Part shown: positions 26,263 to 40,499 of the stretch, one piece after another | Position numbering within the stretch: the stretch's first letter is position 1 | Layout: every line of letters starts with the position of its first letter | Assembly: GCA_013265495.1 (NCBI GenBank) | Contig: MU058718.1 | Span: 1,054,001 to 1,118,000, forward strand | Source: Vicugna vicugna | Taxonomy: Eukaryota | DNA: 64,000 nt | Direction: 5' to 3' | Made by a program: the position numbers and the translations under genes | The notes under the pieces: model-generated | What the model was told of the DNA's origin: nothing | The model's input: the letters and a program-made list of their open reading frames with translations, nothing else | The model's database searches: none

Positions 26263-29200
26263 TTTATTTATTTATTTATATTTTTATTGTGGTATAGTTG
26301 ATTTACAATATTAGTTTCATATGTACAACATAGTGATTCAAAATCTTTATAGATTGTACTTCATTTATAGTTATTATAAAATATTGGCTATATTTCCCAT
26401 TCTGTGCAATATATCCTTATAACTTATTTAAACGTAGTAGTTTGTACCTTGACCTCCAACCCCTGTTTTGCCCCCTCCCCCTATCCTCTCCCCACTGGTA
26501 ACCACTAGTTTGTTTTCTGTGAGTCTGTTTCTTTGTTATATTCACTAGTTTGTTGTATTTTTTAGATTCTACATATAAGTGATATCATATGGTATTCGTC
26601 TTCTGTCTGACATATTTCACTAAGAATAATACCTTCCAGGTCCATCCATGTTGTTGTAAATAGCAAATTTTCATTCTTTTTGATGGCTGAGTAGTATCCC
26701 ATTGTATAAGTATATACCACATCTTCTTTAGCCATTCATCTGTTTTTTTTTTAATTGAAGTACAGTCAGTTACAGTGTGTCAATTTCTGGTGTACAGCAC
26801 AATGTCCCAGTCATGCATATACATACATATATTCGTTTTCATATTCTTTTTCATTAAAGGTTATTACAAGGTATTACAAGATATTGAACATAGTTCCCTG
26901 TGTTATAAAGAAGAAAGTTTTCAAAAATCTATTTTTATATATAGTGGTTAACATTTGTAAATCTCAAACTCCCAAATTTATCTCTTCCCACCGCCTTTCC
27001 CCAGTAACCATAAGATTGTTTACTATGTCTGTGAGTCAATTTCTGTTTTGTAGATGAGTTCGTGGTATCCTTTTTTTTTTCTTTTTTCTTTTTTAGATTC
27101 CACATGTGATTAATAGCATATGGCATTTTTCTTTCTCTTTCTGGCTTACTTCACTTAGAATGACGATCTCTAGAGCCATCTATGTTGCTGCAAGTGACAT
27201 TATTTTATTCTTTTTTATGGCTGAGTAGTACTCCATTATATAAATGTACCACAGCTTCTTTATCCAGTCATCTGTTGATGGACATTTAGGTTGCTTCTGT
27301 GTCTTGGCTATTGTATATAGTGACACTGTGAACATTGGGGTGCACGTACCTTTTCAAATTAGAGTTCCCTCCAGACATATACCTAGAAGTGGGATTGCTG
27401 GATCATATAATAAGTCTATTTTTAGTTTTTTAAAGAATCTCCATACTGTTTCTGTAGTGACTCACCAAACTACATTTCTACGAGCAGTGTAGGAGCATTC
27501 CCTTTTCTCCACACCCTCTTCAACATTTATCGTTCATGGACTTTTTAATGATGGCCATTCTGATTGTTGTGAGGTGATACCTCGTTATAGTTTTGATTCT
27601 CATTTCTCTTATAATTAATGACATTGAGCACTTTTTCATGTGCCTGTTGGCCATTTGTATGTCTTCACCAGAGAATTGCTTGTTTTGGTCTTCTGCCTAT
27701 TTTTGGATTGAGTTGTTTGGTTTTTTATTATTAAGTTGTATGAGCCCATTTATCTGTTGATGGATATTTAGACTGCTTCCGAATCTTGGCTATTGTTTAA
27801 AAAGACTGCTATGAACATTGGGGTTCATGTATCTTTTTGAATTAATATTTTTGTTTTCTTTGGATATATGCCCAGGAGTGGAATTGCTGGATCATATGGT
27901 AGTCCTATTTTTAGTTTTTTGAAGAAATTCTGTATTATTTTACACAATGGCTGCTCCAGTTTACCTTTCCACCAACAGTGTGCAAGGGTTCCCTTTTCTC
28001 CACTTCTTCACCAACATTTGTTATTTATCATCTTCTTGATGATAGCCATTCTGACAAGTGTGAGGTGATATAGCTCATTGTGGTTTGGGTTTACATTTCT
28101 CTGATTATTAGCGCTACTGAGCATTTTTTCATGTGCTTGTTTGCCATCTCTGTGTCTTTGGAAAAATTGTCTGTTAAGGTCTTTTGCCCATTTTTTAATT
28201 TGGTTGGTTGTTTTTTGATAATTGAGTTGTATGGGCTGTTTATATGTTTTGGATATTAATCCTTTATTGGTCATATCATTCACAAATATTTTCTCCCAGT
28301 CAGTAGGTTGTTTTGTCAATGGTTTCCTTTGCTGTTTTATGGTTTCCAGTCTTACATGTAGGTCTTTAATCAATCTTGAATTGTTTTTTATATATGGTGT
28401 GAGAAAATATCCTAATTTTATTCTTTTACATGTAGCTATCCAGTTTTCCCAGCACCGCTTATTGAAGAGACTGCCTTTTCTCCATTGTATATTCTTGCCT
28501 CCTTTGTCATAAATTGATCATAAGTGCATAGGTTTATTTCTGGGCTCTCTATTCTGTTCCATTGATCTTTGTGTCTGTTTTTGTGCAAGTGCCATACTGT
28601 TTTTTATTACTGTAGCTTTGTAGTATAGTCTGAAGTCAGAGGGCCTGATTCCTCCAGCTATGTTCTTCTTTCTTAAGATTATTTTGGCTACTTGGGGTCT
28701 TTTGTGTTTCCATACAAATTTCAAAATTATTTCTTCTAGTTCTGTGAAAAATGCCCTTAGCTAATTAGATAGAGATTACATTGAATCCAGAGATTGCCTT
28801 GGGTAGTATGGTCATTTTAACAGTATTAGTTCTTCTAGTTTGAGAACACAGTATATCTTTCTATTTATTTGTGTCATTTTCAGTTTATTTCATCAGTATC
28901 TTACAGTTTTCTGAGTACAGGTCTTTTACCTCTTTATGTAGGCTTATTTCTAGATGTTTTGTTCTTTTTGATGCAATGGTAAATGAGACTGCTTCTTTAA
29001 TTTCTCTTTCTGGTAGTTTGTTGTCAGTGTATAGAAATGCAACTGATTTCTATATATTAATTTTGTATCCTGCAACTTTACTGGATTCACTCATGACCTC
29101 TAGTAGTTTTGTGGTGGTATCTTTAGGATTTTCTATGTATATTATCATATCTGCAAACAGTGATAGTTTTGCTTCTTCCTATCTGTTTTGGATTCCTTTT

Positions 29201-32200
29201 ATTTCTTTTTCTTGTTTGATTGCTGTGGATAGGACTTATAGTAGTATGTTGAATAAGAGTAGCAAGAGTGGGAATCTTTGTCTTATTCCTGATCTTAGAG
29301 GAAATGCTTTCAGCTTTTCACCATTGACTATGATGTTAGTGTGAATTTGTCACATATGGCCTTTATTATCCTGAGGTTTTTCCCTCTATGCTCACTTTCT
29401 AGAGAGGGTTTTTTTTTTTTAATCATACATGGATGTTGAATTTTGTCAAAAGCTTTTTCTGCATCTACTGAGAGGGAGTTTTACTCTCCAGTTTGTTAAT
29501 AAGGTGTATCACATTGATTGATTTGCAGATATTGAAAAATCCTTGCATTCCTGGGATAATCCACTTCATCCTGGTGTATGACCCTTTTAATGCATTGTGG
29601 GATTCGGTTTGCTAATATCTTGTTGAAGATTTTTACATCTATGTTCATCAGTAATAATGGCCTGTAATTTTTTTTGATACCTTTGTTTGGTTTTGATATC
29701 AGGGTGATGCTGGCCTCAAAGAATGAGTTCAGAAGTGCTCTTTCTCTGCAGTTTTTGGAATAGTTTGAGAAGGATAGGTGTTAACTCTCCTCTGAATGTT
29801 TGGTAGAACTTACTTGTGAAATCATCTGGTCCTGGACTTTTGTTTGTTGGGAATTTTAAATTTTTGATTCAGTTTCAGTGCTGGTAACTGGTTTGTTCAT
29901 ATTTTCTATTTCTTCCTGGCTCAGTTTTGGGAGATTGTACATTTCTAGAATTTGTTCATTTTTTCTAGGTTTTTCATTTTATTGGTATAGAATTGTTGGT
30001 AGTAATATCTTATGATCCTTTGTATTTCTGTGGTGGTGTTGGTTGTAACTTCTTTTTCATTTCTACTTTTATTGATTTGAGCCTTCTTTCTTTTTTTCTT
30101 GATGAGTCTGGGTAAAGATTTATCAGTTTTGCTTATCTTTTCAAAGAACCAGCTCTTAGTTTAATTGATCTTTTCTATTTTTTTTTTAGCCTCTATTTCA
30201 TTTATTTTTGCTCTGATCCTTTTGATTTCTTTCCTTCTGCTAACTTTGGGTTTTGCTTGTTCTTCTTCTTCTAGTTCTTTTAAGTGTAAGATTAGGTTCT
30301 TTATTTGAGATTTTTCTTGTTTCCTGAGGTAAGCTTGTATCGCTATAAACTTCTTTTTTAGAACTGCTTTTGCTGTGTCCCATAGATTTTGAATCATTGC
30401 ATTTTTATTTTCTTTTGTCTCCAGGTTTTTTTTTTAATTTCTCCTTTTATTTCTTCAGTGGTCTATTGGTTGTTTAGTAGAATATTGTTTAGCCTCCATG
30501 TGTTTGTGTTTTTTTAAGTTTTCTTCTTATAGTTGATTTCTAGTCTTATACCATTATAGTTAGAAAAGATGCTTGATATGATTTCAGTTTTCTTAAATTT
30601 AGTGAGGCTTGTTTTGTGGCCTGGCATGTGATCTATCCTGGAGAATGTTCCATTTGCACTGGAAAAGAATGTATATTCTGCTGCTTTTGGATGGAATGTT
30701 CTGTATACATCTATAAAATTCATCTGCTCTAATGTGTCATTTATGGCTAGTGTCCCCTGTAGATTATCTGTCTAGATGATCTGTCCATTGATGTATGTGG
30801 GGTGATAAAGTCCCCTACTATTATTATGTTATTGTCAATTTCTCACTTTATGTCTGTTAATATTTGCTTTATGCATTTAGGTTGTCATATGTTGTTGGAT
30901 GGATATACATTTACAACTGTTATGTCTTCTTCTTGGATTGATCCCTTGATCATTATGCAGTGCTCTTTTTTGCTTCTTGTAACGATTGTTGTTTTAAAGT
31001 AGGTTTTGTCTGATATAAGTTTGTACCCTGACTTTCTTTTGATTTCCATTTGCTAGGAATACTTTTTTCTATCCCTTCTCAGTCTGTGTGTCTTTAGATC
31101 TGAAGTGAGTCTCTTATAGGCAGCATATATATGGGTCTTGTTTTTCTATCCATTTAGCCACTTTATGTCTTTCAGTTGGAGCATTTAATCCATTTATATT
31201 TAAAGTAATTATTGATATGTATGTACTTATTGCCATTTTATTAATATTTTTACAGTCTGTGTGTGTTGTTCTTGTTCCTTTCTTCTTTTGTTCTCTTCCC
31301 TTGTGATTTGATGACTATCTTTACTGTTATGTTTGGATTTATTTCTCTTTTTTGTGCCTCTATTATAGATTTTTAGTTTGTGGTTACCGTGAGGTTTATA
31401 TACAGCATTCTATGATCCCTTAATTTCAAATGTATTTTTAACAGCCTTGCATTTCACTCTTCTCCCCTCACGATTATTGTCTTTGACATCATATTTTACA
31501 TCTTTTTGTTTCATGAATCCCTTAACTGCTTAGAGTAGATATAGATGATTTTATTGCATTTGTATTTTAACCTTCATACTGGCTTTGTATGTGGTTGATT
31601 TATTACCTTTACTGTATATTTGCCCTTACTGATGCACTTTTTCCCTTTCATAATTTTCATGTTTCCAGTTGTAGCCTTTTCTTTTTTTTCTTAGAGAAAT
31701 CCCTTTAACAGTTCTAGTAAAGCTGGTTTAGTGGAGCTGAACTCTTAGCTTTTGCTTGTCTGTAAAACTTTTGATTTCTTCATCAAATATGAACAAGAAC
31801 CTTGCTGGGTAGAGTATTCTTGGTTGTAGTTTTTTCCCTTTCATCTCCTTAAATATATTGTGCCACTCCCTTCTGGCCTGGAGAGTTTCTGCTGAAAAGT
31901 TAGCTGATAGCTTATGGGAGTTCCCTTGTATGTAGCTTGTTGCTTTTCCCTTGCTGCTTTTAGTATTCTCTTTATCTTTTTTTAAAAAAAATATTTTAAT
32001 TACAGTATTTTTTGGTGTGATCCTCTTTGGGTTGATCCTATTTGGGACTCTGTGAATCCCTCAATTTGGATGTCTATTTCCTCTCTCAGGTAAGGGACAT
32101 TTTTAGCTATTATGTCTTTAAATATGTTCTCTGCCCCCTTTCTCTCTCTCTTCTCCTTCTGGGACGCCTAAGATGTGAATGTTAGTATGCTTGATGCTGT

Positions 32201-34077
32201 TTCAGAGGTCTCTTAATCTATCCTCATTTCTTTTTATTCTTTTTTTCTTTTTCCTTTCAGTTCCAGTGATTTCCACAACTCTATCTTCCAGCTTGCTGAT
32301 CCATTCCTCGGTATCATTTAGTCTACTTTTCATTCCTTCTAGTCTGTTTTTTTATTTCAGTTATTTATTCTTCATCTCTGTTTGGTGTTCTTTATATTTT
32401 CTAACTGTTAAAAACTTCTGACTTCTCACTCTGTTCATCCATTCTTCTCCTGAGTTCTTTGATCATCTTTACAATCATCATCTTGAACTCTTTGTTGGGT
32501 AGGTTGCTGATCTCCATTTCACTTAATTCTTCTTCTGGAGTTTTGTCTTGCTCCTTACTTTGGAATATATTCCTCTTTTACCTCATTTTTCCCAACTTGC
32601 TCTTTTTATTACATATCAGGTAGGTTGGTTATATTTCCCAACCTTGGAGAAATGTTTTTTTGTAGGAGACGTACTATGCGTCCCAGCAGCTCACTCCATT
32701 CTGGTCACTAGAGCTATATGCTCTAGGGGTGCCCCCTTTGTGGGCTGTGTGGGTCCTTTTGTTGTGGTGGGCTGACTACTATAGGGTCTCTGGTATCTGT
32801 GTCTGGGCCCTGGTCCAGTTGGTTACCAGGCCTTGCCTTATGCAGAGGTTGCCTGCTGCTCATTGGTTGGGCTGGGTCATGAGGCAGCTGGCTACACAAT
32901 GCCAGGGCACCCTGGAGCCAGCACTTGCTCACTGGTGGGTCGAGGAGATCCTGGGACTAGTGCTCACCCACCAGTGAGTAAAGCCAGCTCTTGGTGCTAG
33001 TACTGGCCCACTGGTGGGCAGAGCTGGGCCCTGGGTTCCAACTGCAGGGCCCAGGGATCCCAGAGCTGGTGTCAGACTGCTAGTGAGTGGGGCTGTTTCC
33101 TGACACAGCTAGCTGCAGGGTCAGGGGTATCCCAAAGCTTGTATTGTCCTGCTGGTGGTTGGGGCTTGTTCTGGCCTGCTGGTGGGTGCCTGGGTCCTGC
33201 CATGGCAGGCTGTAGGGCTGTGGTTGTCATGGGGCTGGTTTCTGCCTGTCAGTGGGTGAGGCTGATCTTGAGGCTAGAATAAGCTTACTACTGGGTGGGG
33301 CCAGAGCCCAGGGGCTTCTGAGGCTGGTGCCTGCACACTGGTGGGTAGGGCCATGTGCAGGTTAGGCTGTGGGCTCAGGAGGTTTTTAAGGCAGCCTGTC
33401 CGCTGGTGGATGGGGCTGTGTTCCTGCACAGTTAGTTGCTTGACCTGAGGCGACCAGTACTGGTGCCTACAGGTGGAGGGAGGGGATGGTGGGCTGGTTC
33501 CTGAGGCTGATATACCAGAGAGAGGATTCCAGATTCCAGTGTCCCTGTGTCTATGTCCCCAGGGTGAGCTTCAGTTGCCTCCTGCCTCTCTAGGAGACTC
33601 TCCAGGATCAGCAGGTAGGTCTGACCCAGGATCCTTTCAAATTAGTACTTCTGCCCTGGGTCCTAGAGTATATGAGATTTTGTGTATGTCGTTTAAGAGT
33701 AGAGTCTCTATTTCCCACAGCCCTTTAGGTCGCCCAAAAGTAATCTCCTTCAAAGCCAAACATTCTGGAGATTTCTTTTCCTGGTACAGGACTGCCCAGG
33801 CTGGGGAGTCTGATGTGGTGCTCAGACCCCCTGCTCCTTGGGGAGAACCTCTGCAATTGTGATTATTCTCCCATTTGTCAGTCACCCACCTGGGGGATGG
33901 GTCTCGACTATGCCATAACTCCTCCCCTCCTCTTTATGTCTTTACTTGTAGTAGGTCTTTTCTGTTGGGTTCCACGTCTTTTTCATTGATGACTATTTTG
34001 TAAATAGTTTTAATTTCAGTGTTCCTGTGAGAGGAAGTAAGCTCATGGTCTTTCTACTCTTTCATCTTGGACACTCA
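26263..34077 (-). mobile_element. Apparently full-length decayed LINE-1 (5'UTR, ORF1, ORF2, 3'UTR); inactive
   Basis: Endonuclease-domain remnant DVYRTFHPKAAEYTFFSSANGTFSRIDHMPGHK (30514-30723) and QNLWDTAKAVLKKKFIAIQAY (30161-30397); C-terminal ORF2 pieces at 28008-28724; GC-richer 5'UTR ~32.7-34.07 kb starting CCAAGATGAAAGAGTAGAAAGACC on minus; (TTTA)n tail at 26263-26288; many stops and frameshifts. Confidence 0.92.
26745..27745 (-). mobile_element. Young 5'-truncated L1 nested in the 3' region of the older L1
   Basis: Poly-T at 26743-26752; 3'UTR matches the young family at 6852-8400; 13-bp TSD CCATTCATCTGTT (26732-26744) / CCATTTATCTGTT (27746-27758); the host L1 resumes after it. Confidence 0.92.
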
Positions 34078-37000
34078 ACGTGTGTGTGTATTTTTAAAAC
34101 CATTATCTCTGCTTGCTTCAGGGTTTGTTCAAATGCAGTTTTGTCAATAAGGTCATCTTCAGTCTTTTCCCATTGCTTCTTTCTCAAGTACTCCTGTAGT
34201 ATTTTCTTTGTACCTTTCTCTTTGGCATTCATTATTATTATTTTGTATTTATAATTAGTAGTGCTCAATACATATTTCTTTATTTGATGGCAAAATTCTT
34301 GTCCAAGTCATCTTTCTTCTTAATGCCGTACCCTACATCTAGTAGTAAGACCTTAGTTAGCATTGGGTGAATGGATGACTGGAGGGGTGGACACACAGTT
34401 GGCACGTTATTAACTGTTTCCTCAGCTCCTTCTCAGTTCATTACTGCTGTCCTGTCTGAAGTTCTTAGGAAGATAAGACACAGGCCACTCCCAGAAAATG
34501 GTTGCTATTTATTCTTAGCTGGAGATTTTGCCTAAATCCTTCTTAGGTTTTCTACTCCACTGAACTAAGACAAAGTAGAGCTGAAGGATTCTCTTTACCT
34601 TTCTCCTCTAATGCCAAAGATAGAATTGGCTCAATACAGTCCCTCTCCATATTCTATCTCTTATTCTTGTCCCTCACTCAGAGCTCTCTCCTTAAAGCAG
34701 TAGGCATCTTTAATCTTTATTTTAGTGAGCCAGAGTAGAGGAAAGAGAACTCATCTTGATAAAGAAAATATCACTTTGTTGTTTATAACAAAGGTTCCAA
34801 CCTTGGTGAGATATTCCTTGACTTCTTTCAGCATGTGTGCATATTTTTGTGTGTATATTTGTGTATATGTTTATTTGCTTGTGTTGTGACATGGAGAGTG
34901 ATAAGTGTATTTCTAAAGTTCTTTAATACATTATTTATGGTTTTCATAGAACATTAGTATACATCTTTTATATACATCATACACATGCATAAGCCATAAG
35001 AACTCCTTTGTATGGTTGCCTAAGCTGCCCATTGCCCAGTCTCATTCTTGGTACAAAACAACCTTCAGGGTAAAAGCTGTCATCTGTTTCATTATATAGT
35101 GGACATGTGGACATGTGGGAATATTGTGATGCCTGAAGCTTTTTAGCTGAAGGAGACTTTGGGCCAAATCCATTCATGTGTAGATCCTATATATGTGGCC
35201 CACTCTGAATAACCTGTTTACAATTTCTTTGTTAAAAGCATATGGCAGCCAGTTGTCTTTGCCTTTTTCAGTTGGAAAGGCACATGGTAACTAGCTCTCT
35301 GGATTTACAGATGAAGGTTGGCTGAAATAGTAATGTACACATGTGGTGTTTTCCCATACATGCTGCTGTGTGGTAGTTCTGCTCATGGCCAGTGCTACTG
35401 CTGCTGTTGGTTTTCTTTTTAACTTCTATTCAGATTAATTACTATTACTTATAGATTATTTATTCAAAATAAAGAGCTTAAGAAGCTATTTTGTAAAATA
35501 ATTTTGATGTACAATTTATTAAAAGTACTAAGGGAACTTTGTTTTAGGACATTAAAAGAAAAGCCAGATAACTGAGAAATTCATCTATTTTCTTAAAGGA
35601 TAATGAGGAGCCAGTTAGCTGTGAACTTAATTATCTCAAGAACCATTATTAGTTGCTAGTTATAGGCCTTGAATAGCAAGTTAGCTATTCCAGAATAAAT
35701 ATCTAGGTAGGTGGTCAATCAAAAGTTGGCAGTCTTGAAAATAGTAATCTAGTGATTTAGTCTTTCTAATGGCTGATATGCAGGTAGTACTAATTCCCAT
35801 TCTGTAACCTACCAAACACTTCTCTATTTGACTGATAAGTCAATCACACAGTACCAAAAAAAATCTTTAAAGATACTGATTTTTTTTAAAAAAAATAGAT
35901 GTTTGTGAAGTAATACAAGATCTAAAGCAATAGTGAAATCATTGGAATTGAGTTAATGCCCACTATTTTACTGCCCCCTTTTTGGAAAAAAGAGCAAATC
36001 TAATGGCAGAGAGTGAATTAGAAGATCATGAAACTTAGATTCTTACAGATTTGTGGCTACTAATAGCCAATCTAAGGGAAATTTATTTTCTGGGCTTTAA
36101 TTGTTCCATTTATAAATAATATTTAATCAGTGAAAAAGAGCATGAACAACTAGGGTGATATATAAGCATTAAACTCTGTCCCAAAGATAATCAACTTTGG
36201 GTTCTTTATCTTAAATAAACCAAATGCCAGAATAATATTTTGTGCTCCCTCAAAATACAAAAAGGGTCTTCAGTGTGAAAACAGTTGAACTAATGTCTGA
36301 AAGTTTTCGTTAACACATCTATGTTAAACAGATACGGCTATTGCTGCCTAAATGCTGTTTACCTAAAATGAATATAACATGGATGCAAACAAGCAGTGGA
36401 ACAGAAACAGCAGCAGACAAATTGAAGAGAGTTTTATATTTTTCTTAGGAATGGAAATGAGTCTGACTTATAGACATGTAATGTAAAAATAGGGAATGGA
36501 GAAAACCATCCCCTCACTAGTTGAATAAAGAAAGTTGGACTTTGATACACTTACTCTGGAAAAAAAACATTTTCAAGGTCCTGTTACTGCATAACTTTAG
36601 TTTTATTTTGTGGGAAGGTATATGTACACAATTATACGTCTTACACATACATAATTTCTATGTGTTTATATAGAACATTTCTATGTATGTTTATATAGAA
36701 ATTATATATTTGAGCTAGACTATTGAACTAGACACATAGATACCCTGCCTCTACTTTTGTCTGTGTATTAATATGTATGTCCTTCTGAAACTACAGCTGT
36801 TTCCTTGGTGGAAAATCTCCTTTATTCTTTATTCACCTGGTACTTTTTCTTCTCTCGGGCAATTGCCACTTGGGGTGGAATACAGCCTGACCTAATACAG
36901 AGGAGGGGAATACCAGATTTTATCTCATTCCAATTTTTCAGAGGCTACAAAAGGTTAGCAAAAGACAGTAGCCTGAAGTGTGGTGTCAGAATTCGTTAAT

Positions 37001-37489
37001 TCATCTAGGGTGAAACGGCTCTTCGATAATAATCCGTGTTGGCTATACCTGGAAACAATGTGGTCATTCTGAAGAACACTGGGAAATGATCCAGTGGTCT
37101 GGCAGACTTCCAGAACAATCCTTCAAGGACAGAGATTAGTTCTCCTTATCACTTTGGTGATATGGAACACCCAGATTCCAGGGTGCAAAGAAGGTGATGG
37201 ATGAATGGGCATTTGCTATCTGAGAAAAGAAATGTAGGAAACCAGTTTCTGGGCATTCCTTATCCCTCAAAAGGAAGACAGTGCCTGCTGATGGAGACTG
37301 GTCTAGTCTGCCCTTTATTTTGTAGAATCCCCTTCTGGAACATTTACCTAGCAGCTCATATTACAGGCTTGCATTATTTCTAAGTGACAAAAATGAAGTT
37401 TATACCTCAGCTAATGGTTTGGCGTATCATTTGTATTTGGGACTGGAGTTGTCTTTTTCCTTAATGATGGAAAGCCTGGGCTGTAATAT

Positions 37490-37930
37490 ACATTTGGCCT
37501 TGTGGACTCATCTCCCTTCACTTTCCCCTTGTTCACTATGCTCCAGCCACTTGGGCATTCTTTCTGTTGTTTAAACAAACCCAGCTTGTTTCCATCTCAG
37601 GTCCTTGGTGTATTTGCTATTTTCTCTTTCTGGAACATTCTGCTCTAGATCTATAGAAGGCTGTTCTTTGTCATTCTTGCCTTTGTTCACATATCATTTC
37701 CACTCTAAATTAGCCTTTTTCCCCATCTTCAACCAGTCATTTTCTATCATATCACCCTATTTTTAAAAAATTACTTTCTGTAATTAACTTGCTTACCTCT
37801 TTGATCACATGTTTATTGGTTGTCTTTACTAATAAAGGGTGCCCACCATGCACGCTTCTGTATCTGTCTCCAGTGCCTAGAATAGTGAGTGGCATACAGT
37901 GGTGGTCAGTAAATATCAGTGACTGAACTA
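37490..37930 (+). mobile_element. L2 3' fragment
   Basis: TTCACTATGCTCCAGCCAC...CCAGTGCCTAGAATAGTGAGTGGCATACAGTGGTGGTCAGTAAATATCAGTGACTGAA. Confidence 0.75.
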
Positions 37931-39588
37931 GATTTTAATTGATTTTTTCTTCTAATTTTATTGAGTTATAATTGACACAAAACATTGTGTAAAACTAACC
38001 TGGATTTTAGGTTCATGTCCAGCTCCCAGAGTTCATCTCTTTCTGAGCAGACTTGCTTCCTTATAGCTAGAGGCTGCCTGTTAAGCAGTCCAGATTAAAA
38101 TATTGATGGTGGAACAAATAAAACAATATTTTGGCTGTTTTTCAATAATGTTGATGATGGCTGTTGAAAGGGTAGGAAAGGGGAAAAAGAAAGAAAAATG
38201 TATCTAAGTATGAGGTACTACAGATTTTCTCATTTCTATCTTCCTGGTTGGCTTAGGACAGATGTTTGTTGGAATTGAAATTGCCCAACCTGTTTGTTTG
38301 GTCTTTTATCATGAGTGGGCCTTTGTGTTGGGAAGGAACTGTAAGACTTCCTGCTTACTCCAGCATAGACATCTGTTAGTCAAACAGACATTTCTCCATA
38401 GACTTCAAATGACTACTTTCTTGTGTGAACGGAAATATGCTGACTATAAGAGGGCCAAGGACAAAAAAAATTTCCATCGGATATCCTTATAAGGAAAACA
38501 TGAGACATGTGCTTATAATGTGCAAACAGCTATTACTCTGAAAAAGAATTATTAACATGTATTAACTTTGATAAAAATAAAAACTAAATCATTTCCATTG
38601 ATATAAACCATTTGTTTTTCAACTGGCATATTCATAAACTTCAATTATAAAATTAATGACAGATGCACAAGAAGTAATATATCTGGCTTCCACATGCATG
38701 CTCTGAAGTTAGACCTTTTAAATGCCCATTTTACAACTCTTTTAAAGAGAACTGAAGTAATTTAGAAATGATAAGCTTATTTTTGACCTGTGCCATTTTA
38801 TAATAATACGGATAACTCACTTAACCTGAATTCTTTGACCTTTGCATTTTTACTTGTTCATCTTACACCTGTCCCCAAGTATTTAATTTTCCTAGTGACA
38901 GCAGGGCTGGGCTCATGAAGCAGTTTGTAAAAAATAAAGGAGGGGCTTCTCCCCCCAAATCATGTTTTCTTAAGCAATGAAATTCCCTAAAGGTGTGCAT
39001 AGTGGAATAAGAACAATACTCACACTTAATTCTTTAGACTTTTTTGTTAGAAAAAAACTTTAAATTATCTTAAAAATAATATGAAACATCTTTCAAATAT
39101 ATTTTCATTCATTAAGTTAAATAGGACCTTTTTTTTTTTAAAAGAACCTTAACATTGAGTGAGAGTCCAACTGAGGAAAGATAAACTATGAGAATATCGC
39201 AAAGGCAACAAGAGTCATGCCTTCTTGCAGATGCTGCACACCAAAGGATAGCACTAAGGCATATCCAGAGAACTGTGTACAACCCACACATGCAGTGCAG
39301 GAAGGAAGATCTGTGTCTCCATCTTATGACTCTTTGGGGGCTATATGAATTAAGAGAAAATTATTTAGGAATTTAGATATCTAGGATAGGGATTTATCAC
39401 CTGAAAATTTCTAGGAAAACCTGGAAATCCACAGATAAGTCAGCATAGTCTATGGCCCCCTGAAGTTATGTGCAAAATTTGATGTTCATGTATTCATGGT
39501 CAATTTTCATTGTTGGTGAGAGGTAGTAGCTTTTGTTTGATTCTTGCGATGCAAAAATAGTGAAAAGCCATGGCAACAGAGCTAGACT

Positions 39589-39871
39589 AGCATTTCTCAA
39601 ACTCTGTTTCATGGAACTTAATGGACTATGTGATGTCATTAAGTCCTCGTGTGGTCAGATAAGCTAGGGAAACATTGTTTAATGTATCTCACCTGTTGGA
39701 GATTCATAAAACATTAACTTATTAAAGGTTCTAAGATATCCTGCAGTAAATACGCCTGTTTTGCTTTATTTAAACTAGCATTTTATTTGACATGGAAGCC
39801 CTATATTTTGTAAAATACATATAAACATCCTATGAGCACTAGAGTTTTCTGCAGTAAAGTTGAGAAATATT
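39589..39871. mobile_element. hAT-Charlie-type DNA transposon remnant
   Basis: Degenerate terminal inverted repeats GCATTTCTCAAACT... / ...AGTTGAGAAATATT and internal CTGTTTCATGGAAC. Confidence 0.5.
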
Positions 39872-40499
39872 AAACCAGCATTTGTTGCCCAGATTCCCTA
39901 CCTCTCAATGTTAAGAGCTCTTCTTCAGGGCCTATTGCTGAAAAAATTCTTTCTCGTGTATTTTAAGATGAAACTCGACTGATTAGAAAAATCATACAAT
40001 TTATGGGTTGGAAGGCCACCTAATTGCAGGTCTATGTGTAAATACAGGTTATCTAATTAATCCTCCATTGGATAATAAAATTATCTCCACAAACATCACA
40101 TTAGACAGTGTTTACACAATTTCTCAATCCTTTGCCTATTAGAGACTTCACTAACTTTAAGGCCATCACACCATTTCTAGGCTGTTCAATTTCTGGTCTG
40201 GCTTTTCATCCTAGAGATGCATCTGTCTTCTAATGATAGCCCATCTGGCATTTGAACAGAGGCAGCAGCAGCCGATTTTCCTGAAGTCTGCTTTTCTAGA
40301 AGAGCAGCTGCAGTTCCTTCCATTTTTCCTCATGGTTTGGGGCCCCTCACCTTGGCACTGATGTTTGGTTTCTTCTTTATTGAGCCTCACACAAGGGATT
40401 CTGCCCACCCAGACTGCTCTGCCAAGGTGATTGTAACATTTCATTGAAAGAGTACATCCTCTTCAGTCCCCTTTTCGGAAAAACTCACACATGCATGTT

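Noticed and set aside
33473..33885. 129-aa and 82-aa ORFs in GC-richer DNA
   Set aside because: They lie in the decayed L1 5'UTR, where higher GC lengthens chance ORFs; there is no evidence for an ORF0-like product
36654..36700. Two ~23-bp tandem units ATTTCTATGT..TTTATATAGAA
   Set aside because: Only two low-complexity copies with no spacers; not an array
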